Shown here piece by piece: positions 1-10,700 of a stretch of 64,000 bases of DNA. The stretch lies in contig OZ076409.1 of the NCBI GenBank assembly GCA_964187785.1, positions 65,536,001 through 65,600,000 of the forward strand, written 5' to 3'. The DNA comes from Amphiscolops sp. MND2022. Taxonomy: Eukaryota. The notes under the pieces are model-generated. The model worked only from the letters and a program-made list of their open reading frames with translations, did not search any database and was not told the origin of the DNA. Within the stretch, counting starts at the first letter, position 1. Each line of letters begins with the position of its first letter. The position numbers and the translations under genes were made by a program.

Positions 1-79
1 GGACTTCGTCTACATCATTTGTTATTGTACATGACAAAATTTTATCACAAACGATGTAGACATAATGGTACTTGCACCT

Positions 80-361
80 TATTTTCCGCCCACATATAAT
101 GGGGGAGGAGAATCATAATCTGTGTTGCGTTTTTTTTTTCCAAATTCTGCCAAATCTCCACGATTTCCATAAACTACTTGACTATTGTTGACGCATACTC
201 GCTCCAGTATGACGTTGGCTCAGAATCTCATTCCCGCATATGCGCATTTTAGTAAATTCCGCATAGTGACGCAATTAGATACTAGTAACTAAAATAGACG
301 AATTTGAAGAAGAAATCTAAAAAGGCGGAAAATATCCCGGTGCTCAGTGGGCGTCTTGTTT
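80..361 (+). mobile_element. HINE family C
   Basis: subTIR TATTTTCCGCC (80-90) / GGCGGAAAATA (324-334), then GCTCAGTGGGC and GTCTTGTT. Related copy on the minus strand at ~40122-40355, and an end fragment at 16328. Confidence 0.6.
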
Positions 362-1235
362 GAAAACAGTCCTTTTCTCATATCTAGTGTCATTTCTGAC
401 TTTGAAGCTGCTTAGAAATACTGCGTAGGAAATTTTGTTTTGATGTCTTAGAATCAGTAATTGTAATGAACAGTAAAATTACAAAAACGCCAGTTACAAA
501 ACACATGAGAAGCTTTCTTTCAAGCAGCAAAGTGAAAAATCATCACGTGGGTCGTTTTAGCTTTTCAAACGGCAATTCAAAGTACAAGTAGCCAAGTCTT
601 TTGAACTTAGCAATTGTTTTTCATAAGTGAACAATGTTTGATGTTAAGAATTTGCTGCCATTTTTCCTACAAAAATGGCCTCTAAAAATACTCTAAACAC
701 CTGAATATGAAACGTCACCAAAATTAATTATTTTTGACTTTGTGTCACATGAAAGACACTTGAGATGAAAAACACTCGTGAATTATTAACATCACATGAT
801 TGTTATCGTTCCGCAACTGTGAAAAAACGCTGAGTCAATTCTTTATGTGGCTCTTTTTCAAATCCGAATGGTCAACTCAATGTGAATCTGCCGCTTTTTG
901 CGCACAATCCTTTAATGTACACATCTTCGTCACCAATACAGCTGACGATAACAACACAAAGGCTGAAAAAAGCTTCAGACGTAAAGACAAAGTTAGCAAG
1001 ATAAAACGGCTATTAATTAATTCGATAGCATCTGTTCATCGCTCTATAATTTTTGCGAAGTGGAAAATTCATTTACATAACAAAAACATGTCGGGAACAA
1101 CAATAATTATGCGAAGAAACCAAATGACACGTGCATCCAAGCATGTCAATAAAACTATATAAATTAGTAGCAAAACCCCTTCGATGAAAAAAGCAGCGAA
1201 AGTGTCTGCATCATGAAGCTTGATGTCTAAACTTG

Positions 1236-2110
1236 ACACCGAGGCGAAGCCGTGCTTCGCAAACACTTGCGAAGAAAGTTGCGAACTTTTGAAGAAACCC
1301 AAATAAGCAATATCATACGGAGAGCCAAGGGTAAAAGGACATTATTGTTAAAATTTCATCAATTTTACAGCGCCAAAAAAATCCCGAAGGGATACCCATA
1401 AATCTCGAAAACAATTCTTCTCCAAGTGGAAACAACAGAAAACCCATCTTTCTCAACCTTTGGTAAACCTTTAAAAAAAACAGAAAATTGAGGGAAAAAT
1501 TTTTTTCGGAATTTTTCGAAAAATTTTTTTTGATGAAGGTCTCCGGCAAGTCGCATAGTGCCGAAAACCTTGAGCAGTGCTTTATGCTCGCAAAACGTTT
1601 CGTTTCTAGTGAAAATTGGGGCTTCGATGAAAACAAATTAGAAAAAAAGTCGCATAGAAAAAACACCGGTCTCTAAAAAAAAATCAGATATAGCGTGCTG
1701 GGCCTGAGAAAACCTAATTTTAAGACAAAAATTTTTCGATTTGAAAAATCGCACAATGCCGAAAACTGTAAAATGGGGGCACTTTGAGATTTTTTTAACA
1801 TACGTTCTGTTGTAAAATATCAAAAAAATGAAGGGAGGAATCTTTGGTGACATGAAAAAAATTGCGAAAAAAAATCACAAAGCCGAAATAACATGCACAA
1901 AAAATTTTGGTCAAGGGCGAGACTCGAACCCCCGTCCTTCTGCTTGGCAGACCTCAAAAAATCCTAATTAACCTCTATGCCAAGTGCCAGTAGAAGTTGC
2001 GACTTGCACGGCCACAAATTCAGACTATGCGACTTGCGGTGTGGAACGAGAGAGTTCTCGCGAGGAAAAAAACCCCGCACTTTCCCATAACACTTGCTTA
2101 TTGCAAGTGT
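1236..2110 (-). mobile_element. HINE, family B-type hairpin end with family A-type internal modules
   Basis: GCGAAGC-CGT-GCTTCGC hairpin at the left end. Closely similar to 63128-64000. tRNA-like cassette at 1909-1990. Confidence 0.65.
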
Positions 2111-2504
2111 AATCATCGCAACTATGGAAAATTAAGAGGATTCAATCTGCGTAACGCAACTCTCAGACAATGGGAAACTAATTCGCCGTTCAAGTTATCT
2201 ATCAAAAAGAAAGCTAGAAGTCTTAACTTGGAGCGCTGCAGAAAACCAAAAGAACCAAAACATTGGTGTATAAATGACAAATATCAAAATCGGAGTTTAT
2301 TAATAAATTTCACTAGAATTATTCCAGGCAACATTTTCCCGACACAGCCAGTTTCGATCGTAATTATGTCAATGATTGCACGACGAAATACACTGCAGAG
2401 GCTGATTGCTTAGTTCGTATAAACGGGACTTGAGTAGCAACGACAAGTTTAATCATTATGTTATGTTAATACATCATGTTAATACATCATGTTATGTATG
2501 GGAA

Positions 2505-2567
2505 AATTTTATGGACTCGAAGTCTCTTGTAAGATGATCTTACAAGAGACTTCGAGTCCATAAAATT
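2505..2567. repeat. Perfect palindrome, 31-bp arms with a 1-nt spacer
   Basis: AATTTTATGGACTCGAAGTCTCTTGTAAGAT-G-ATCTTACAAGAGACTTCGAGTCCATAAAATT. Confidence 0.95.
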
Positions 2568-3217
2568 CAAATTTGAAAGTCGGTCCCTTCGGGCTTACTA
2601 ATTTTTCTGCAACTGCAAATAATGAAATTAAATTACCCAAAAACTCATTCATCCATTTCACACGAGTTTTTGGAATAAAATCAATCGATGAAAAAATTTG
2701 GGTGTGAATCTTCCAATTTCAAGCAGACTTCTCAAACATTTTCACTTTTTGAAATTTCCGATAGTCGAAACTTGTCTGTGATGAAAAAAAATGGAAGCCC
2801 TACGGGATACTATTGTTTGGAACACTCTAGTTTCTGCTCATATCTCGAACTAACAAGTTCAAAGAAAATTAACAATCTCCACTGAAAAATTTCCGAATCA
2901 TGTATTAAGATTATAGATTTAAGACCACGAATTTGAGACCATCTTTAGCATAGAAATTGTTGCAATTAATTTTTCATGTTGATTGTCTACAGTGGTGTAA
3001 AGAAAGAATGCGACTTAGCTAATTAGAATGCGAAAGGCTAAACTATTCGAAATGGTTCAATTTGGTAAAGACGAAAGTTTCTTGAATTTTTGCTATAAAG
3101 ACAATGGTTTTTGTTTGAAATTTCAACCATCATTGTTTCCGAAGTTAGAAACATGTGATTTTGGGAGGAAAATATTTAAAATTGCTAATTTTTGAGAAAA
3201 TATCAGTGATCCAATAA

Positions 3218-3569
3218 TTTTTAGTCGGCGCTTTTCGTAGAAAAACGCAGACTATAGTAGTGACTTTTTTTAAAGACCAACGATGTGACAGATTTTATAA
3301 GCTTTATAAGCTGACTTGAACTAACACTAAATGCCACACTACTTTTACTGGCACTTGAGATAGAGATTAATTAGGCTTTTTTGAGGTCCCCTTTTACATT
3401 TTTCGACACTATGCGACTTCCCGGGGACCAAAAACAAATTTTGAAAAAAATTCGTTTTAATTTTTTTTCTCATGCGGGTACGGTAGAAGAGAATACTTGA
3501 CACTTTCAAGTCCTTTTGCTATTTTTGAGCCTTAGATATGGCGCCGACTTGGGCCGTTCCCGGCTTGTT
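3218..3569 (+). mobile_element. Helentron-like non-autonomous element (HINE), family A
   Basis: 5' TTTTTAGTCGGCGC; 3' GGCGCCGACT followed by hairpin GCCG-TTCC-CGGC and TTGTT. Confidence 0.75.
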
Positions 3570-3649
3570 GGATTATACTGTCTGTATATTCAGTGTTTCA
3601 TCAAGATTTACATGGTAGCAGGCTGACAGCAGAAGGATCATCGCACGTT

Positions 3650-3880
3650 CAAGGATGGCGAAACTGCTACAAAAAGAAGGAATATATTGGAAGAGAAGTT
3701 GGTGAGCTTCTCACAGATTGTGACTTTTGAAAAAATCAATCGGCCTACTAAAATTATTGCAGAGTACATTGCACATTTCGAACAAGCCTATAAAAGACTG
3801 ACAAAGCACTGTTTGAAACTACTCGCGATAATGAAAGGGATTGAAAACTTGTATTCTCTGCTAAGTCTAAAATGACCCTG
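3650..3880 (+). mobile_element. Possible LTR-retrotransposon gag fragment
   Basis: FEKINRP..IAEYIAHFEQAYKRL resembles the retrotransposon gag N-terminal region. Short and isolated. Confidence 0.3.
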
Positions 3881-4747
3881 GCCAATCTGAAAAGTTTCTT
3901 GAAAAGAATTTGTTCGAAAAAGTTCGCAATGTTCCAAAACTGTAAAAAACGGTCGAAAGTTCTACAATTGTTGGTGAGTTTTGAGCAGAAAATTTGTCTA
4001 GTAGCTAATTGTTACGTAGTTTACGTCACTGGATTATCAAACCCGTGAAATCAAAAAATTACAGAATTTGTATAAAAAGCCATTTTTTAACATAAGTTCG
4101 AATGCTCTCGAAATGCCTCTTGAAACACACATGCTATGAACCTATTTTTATGGTAGCTGAATTCTCCTTTCAAAACAAATAGACGTCAAGAGTCGCTTTT
4201 GAAGTATACACAGACATTGATTGATGAAAGGAAAATGCGGAGACAACAAAAACCCTTTTAGACAACGAATTTGACAAAAATTTGAAAATAAACTTCAAAG
4301 AATGGATAAATTTGAGGAAGACATCAGAAACTCGCCAATCAGACAGAGACAAATGGAAGCGACAGAGAGCAAAGAGTGTTCTAGAACAGTTTTTAGACAA
4401 TTCATTTTGATCCGATTCTAACTCATCATATATCAAATAAAACTAAGCACATGCTAATTACGGATTGATAAAAAATAGATTTAGGAACAATAAACGCACG
4501 TTCAAGATGCAGATGTTTCCAAAATCCGGAACTTGAATCAAATATTCATGATGGAAAACTTTCAAAACGTGTACTTTGAAAAGGGCACGTGCAATTCTCT
4601 AACGTTGCACCAAGTTTCAACGTTGGCTAAAACAAATCGTTCTCCGTCATTTATTATCCTCTCAGTAGTTTACGTGCAACAGGAATTATACAAACAATGC
4701 CAATTCAGGAACTGCATGAGAAACTTAACACAGTAAATAAGAACACG

Positions 4748-7700
4748 ATGGTCGTGAAGAAACAGAAGACTTTATTTGCGATCTTCATCAGTGTGATGTG
4801 GACTCAACACGTGGGGGTTCTGGCACAAGAGTACAACATAAATGAATGGTGGAACAATTGGTTCGACCAAAACCACAATTGGGATGACCTGGACAGAGAT
4901 TTAGGTTAGCCAATTGCTGAATGTCACTAAATAAGATGAAATTATGACAACCACCGTTGAGTGACCGTCCAATCTAGTCTGTCAAAACTGAGTTTAGTAC
5001 AATTAGATTTTTGGGAGAAATGATTCCAGGGACCAATGTGTTGATTGGCTCTTGGTATCCAATTTCAGATTCTTATTGAAGAAGTGTTTTTATTGAAGCT
5101 ATAGTTTGCAGCCATACTCAATCGTTAGTTTTTTAGTCGGAGCTTTTCTTAAGAAAAGAGCCCGACTATTACAGTCACTCGTTTTTTTTATTTAAGACAG
5201 ACTCGAAGCGACGAACGTTAAAATTAACGTTCAACTACTCAACTACTAAATACAGTACTAAACTACTGGACCGGTAAAGGCAAACGGGGAGCGCATTCAT
5301 TTACTTTTTAAACGTTACCTACAAGCCCGGACGGGACTAAAGGGTCCCCCCTTTCGATTTTCTTTTCGGCACTGTGAGACTTTTTTTCGAAATTTTTTTA
5401 ATGTCCCCAAAAGGTCCCCCCTTTGAGTTTTTTGTTATTTTGCTACAGAATGCGTGTTTATAAATCAAAAAGGGTCCCCCCTTTTACATTTTTCGGCACT
5501 GTGCGACATTTTCCGAAATTTTTTTTTCGAAAATTTCAAGTTTTTTTCCAAAAAAAATGTTTTGCGCTTTTTGAGCCTTAGATATAGCGCCGACTTGAGA
5601 CGTTCCCGTCTTGTTAAGGACTGTAATTTCATCATACTCAAATCTAGGTCATCAATTTTCTACATCTGGAAACTTCAAGTGTTAAGAAGAATTCTGATTT
5701 TTCGAAGTGTCGAAAACAACAAACACGAGAAACAAAATAGTTGCAACTGAAAATACCACTAATTGGAAAAAATCAATAGGTTATTCGGTTACATGCTTTT
5801 TTCTAAAATAGAAGGCTAAACAGTTGACTGATTCAGGTAGCAACATAATCAGCGAGGAGTATGGAAGGTTGCAGACGAAATGGCATCAAGTGTGCGACCC
5901 TAACAATCACTTCTGCGACGCAGATACGTTAGTCGCTAATTTTGAAAAATGTTGCGAATGCCGAAAACCCCAAAATGAAACATTTTTGGCTCGCAAAAAC
6001 TTTTTGTTGACTCAAAATTGTCAAAAAACTCAAATGGGGACGCTTCGGTGAAATTTTTGGAACTTTTCGAGAAGCCGCACAAAGACAAAAAACAGTTTGA
6101 CCTAATCTAACTTCGCTAACATGAACAAAGTTTCAATCCTTGGCGGGATTCGAACCCACGACCTGATGTCTGGTTTTCCGTGGCACCAGTACACCGCTGA
6201 ACCAAAGATTCCAATATTCTACTTTTTTATAATGAAATTCTAAAAATGTCAGTTGGCATGGGCCTTATAAAAATAGCCACAACTATATCCGGATCTTTCT
6301 TACAGAAAGCGCCGACTGAAAAATGAATTATTCAGTGTGAGGTCTATGGTCTGGAGAACAAAAACTAGCCCCTGTAAGAATCGGGCGGCACTATTTATTT
6401 TCAGGGATTGTGCATGGGACGAGGTGTGTGAAAATTTTGAATGTATCAGCCACGAAGAGTATCACCTCTATGGGGTCAGGTGCAGCAACGACGAGCAGTG
6501 CTTGGCGGATGACGGAATAGGCCGCAAGCTGGTGTGTTGCGACCAAGAGGGCAGCAAGCAAAAGACCTGCTGTTACCCCAGCGAGAAAGAACAATGGGCA
6601 GAACTAGCGTGCCAGGCATAATTTCGACATCGCTTATACTTTTGCATTAAATTATTCGGTGGTATTGTTGACTAACAGCTTAGAACATCGCTTACACTTC
6701 GTAGAACTCATCAGCCCAATTAGTTCCGTTTCAAATTTATGTTTTTGTACCGAAAGGGTGTGAGTCAGCCAATATTTCATATTGAGTTTTTTGCAGAAAA
6801 ATGTTGTACAAAAAAAACTTACTTAGCTGGACTGCAATGCACATTGACTTCGTCATGTGCAAAAAGTAGGGTATAAATGGAAAATGGAAGAAAAACTTGG
6901 AAGTAACAGAAACACTTCAGTATTTTACCTTGGGTACGATTTCGCGCAATCGAAAACAACTTTTCAAGCAAAATATAAAACGAACAGAAATGAAGCACTG
7001 CATCAAAATAGACAACAAGCCGAGAACGGCCAAAGTCGGCGCTATATCTAAGGCTCAAAATTGTGAAAGGCGGCACCCTTCGGGCTTTGTGAAACTCCAG
7101 CTGGTTGCAAAATATGAAAAAAACTGAAGGGGGACCCTTTGGTGACTTTAAAAAAATTTCCCAAAAATTTTTTGAAAAAAGTGATTTTTGAACAGTGTCA
7201 CTGCCGAAAAATGTAGAAGGGGGCCCTTTGGGATTTTTTGACATCCATTGTGTTGCAAAATATCGAAAGAAATGAAGGGGGACCCTTTGGTGCAATCCAA
7301 AAAAATTCAAAAAAAAGTCGCATAGTGCCGAAAAAAAAGTGGGGCTAAGGTGGGATCCTTAGTGTGTTTTCGAGGTTCTGGACGTGTTTTGTTTTTTCTT
7401 TTGTTTTGGACGCGCTTCTGAGGTTCGAGTGTTTTGAACCTCCATAGTTCAAGTTGTTGAACAAGTGAACAAAAAGTGGACCTTGAGCGTCTAAAAAAAA
7501 CTACCCACTGTAAGAGTCGGGCACATTTTCTACTAAAATGCGCCGACTAAAAACACCAAGATTTGAATTAGTGCTATTTCAAGCCATTATTATTTTGATA
7601 GTTGAAAAGCGATGTCAAAAATTTATATCAGGAGAACAATGATTGTTGCACTGAGAATGATATAAGTTACTGCTGCAAATGGACAGCCGGTCCACAATGG

Positions 7701-10700
7701 GGTAAGTCATTTCCACAAAGTTACACTTCAAATAGATTTAGGAAATTCGAGAACGTAAGTCTGGGGAGACATGTACATTGTAATCATAACACCCTTGATT
7801 CAGATCATGAGGCTGTTAGTAATTTATAGCAGCTTTTTTTCTGACAGAGAAATGTGAGGTAGTTGTAAACAAAAAGAAGCCTGTTAAACAATGAACTTCT
7901 GGTGAGCTTCGGTTTAAAAGTCGGAGAAACATCAAAGTGTTTTGAAGAGCGTTTCGAGTTCTAAAAGTTGTCACTAATATTTCGAGCAACATCAGACCCG
8001 GGGCTTCTAGGGCAAAAAAAAACAAAAAATATCAAACATTCAATGGGTTTAGGAACTCGATGACCTCGTTCATCCTTATGACCGAATGCACGGAATTTTC
8101 GGATTTACCGGAAAAGCGAAATAAAGATCGAGTGGCTGACGTTTGAAAAACTGAATTTGTACTTAAATATGACGTCAGTTAACCGAAAGCAAGCTGCATT
8201 GGTGTGTTTGGGTAGGTCATTTACACCACTTCAATTAGAAAGCCCGTGTGAAATCGTTAATTTTCACTGTTGTCGAGTGGTTGGATGTCTAAAGAAAAAT
8301 TTTATAACGCATATAAATTTCGATGAACAGGAATTGACTCACCTAAACTCGCCATGCTGAAAACGAGCGAAACGAACTTTAATCTCAATATTTTAAGTTT
8401 GATTTTAGGCCGAGAATTTTCCACTGATCCCTTTGAGCATGCAAAGAGAACAAATTATTCATTATAATCGTGCGAAAAAGTGGGAAAAGGCAAAAATAGT
8501 GAACTAACGAAAATATCTCAATTTTTTGACATTTTGGTTCATTTCAACTGTGACTGAGCACAACAAGATGATTACATTAAAACAGTAGATTTGATGAAAT
8601 ACTAGTGCTATTTTTACGAAGTTGCCAAATGGAACTTTGTATGTACACTAATTAGGTTCGCATAACGTACAAAAAGAGCCTGCCAAGTAGAAACCCCTAA
8701 ATAATGGAATGCTTCCTTTGCTTTATCCACCGTTTCTGTTCATTAGAAAGAGACTGGAATAGGAAATGGAAACGTTGGTTGTCGTGCTCGTGAAGTGTCT
8801 AAATTTATCCCTTCTTTCTAAAACCCAGCTTTGTGTTCATTAGAAGAATTTTAGCAGCTCATTAGACGATTTTCTGTAATAGAAATCTATAATCTAGCTG
8901 CACGATAATCAGCGATATCAATTCACATTGCTCATTACGGTGCAAAAATAGCAATTTCGCTCGAATTTCTACCCCAAAAAACCATGGGGTATTTGCGAAG
9001 GATGGATGACATTTTAAAAAAGCTCTTAGCTGAGAGATTCAATCGCGCTGATTGTCGGAGAAAAACTAAAGACTAAACAAATTCGATTTAAATGACGTCA
9101 GAAAAAAAAAACAATTTGTTAGCACAGGACCAACGAATTTCGAACCGAGTCTTAAACGCACTATTTTAAGAAAGTCAATTTATTGCACCTCATGTGATTC
9201 AATTAAAGAAATGATACTTGAGAGTTTTTTACTGAACGTTCAGGAAACATGAAGGGAGCGATAAGGAAGCTTAAATTGGCGAGCGAAACTGGAGTTCCTT
9301 CGTGTGCTATTCCAGGATGATGTAAACTGAAGTACCCCCAAAATGCAACATTTCCCTTTTCGTCCGACAATAAAAAGACTTGCAAGAGGGTTCTAGGACA
9401 TTAGGTCCAATATTTTGAAACATTTGTAGTATGACTCGGCCTTCGTCAAAACCAGCCGCTAGATCAGTAATGAAAAGTCGCTCCTGGGTGGTATGGTATG
9501 TGACCGTGGCAGATCGCGACTGCCTTCCTTAGACGTTATTTACTAAAAACATTTTTGGACGTTATTTATCGCCCCCGTAATTATACACTAACGCATAATG
9601 GGTGCAATGTCCTTTGGGCGTAAAATCAAGACACTTAGACAGATCTTTAAAGTCAAACTGCTCTGTTAAAAAGGGATGTGTATTGAAAAGACTTTTTAAA
9701 AACTTTCATTCAGCAGAGAACTCCTTAACCCCAACTGACCTAGGCGTTTTTTAAAAATTTCAAAAAAATTGATAGAAAAATCATCAATATATCCACAACT
9801 ACGCGTACCAGAGGAACGAACTATAGTGCATTTGAAAGCGCTGGTATTGGGCTTTCATTTTGGTCAGGTGAGCCTCTGTCGCCGCGCGCTCCTTCCTTCA
9901 GAATTCTAGTCTCTTTTTCCGGCACCACCGCTTCGCGGCGGCTCCGCACTTCACAGTAACAACAACGGGGGCTTGTAGTAACAACAGAATATTATTGGGG
10001 TTTGTTGCACCAGGACTTGCTGTGGAAGGATTAGTGGTTGGTTTTTCTATTGATCAAAGACTTTTGAGAAAACTGGATTTCGTCAAAAACTGAATTTTGG
10101 GAAAACATATCCATTTTTTACGCAAAAAACCCATTTTTCTCAGCTTTGGAGACGTATTTCCTTCTTCTATTGCTTGTGCCATTCAAATCAATCTAGGTAC
10201 CACTTACTTGCTGAAAAAAACTGCTAGAGAAAATGGGCTACTGGCAAAGCGAATCAGAATTTGGAAAAAGGTAAGCTGCTTTGAAGCACCACTAGGTTCA
10301 TTAGGGTTAACTCTGGTGATGAAAAATCAATAAATTTAACAACATGCTGATCTTTGAGTTTGAAACTAGAAAAGGCTTCGATGGCTTAATGAGAATTATA
10401 TGATGAAATGAAATATCCCGATTTAACAAGGTCTGAAAACGGTGTTTTGAGTTTAATCAAGGTAGAAGCAAAACATCGCAAAGGTTACTGTCAAGGTAAC
10501 GATTATATTTCCGACTTTATATAATATTTACAACTTTCAGAGCGACTTATTGGTCTCTATACTGTTTGTGAAGCCATGTTTTTCTATTATCTTTCCTTGT
10601 GGAATATTCTTCGCTTATTACATTGTTCAGTGTGTTTCAAGGAACGTGTTGCACGTACGAACAGATGACCGAGAACACAGTCACACAGCACTGTTCTGAC

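Noticed and set aside
800..1302. 120-aa plus-strand ORF and hydrophobic minus-strand readings (possible membrane-protein pseudogene)
   Set aside because: Interrupted by stops, with no family motif I can name.
6819..7310. Phe/Lys-rich ORFs ending in LSLRYSADFGRSRL (also 5454, 22271, 36153, 48922)
   Set aside because: Translations of HINE family A sequence, with frames not conserved among copies.
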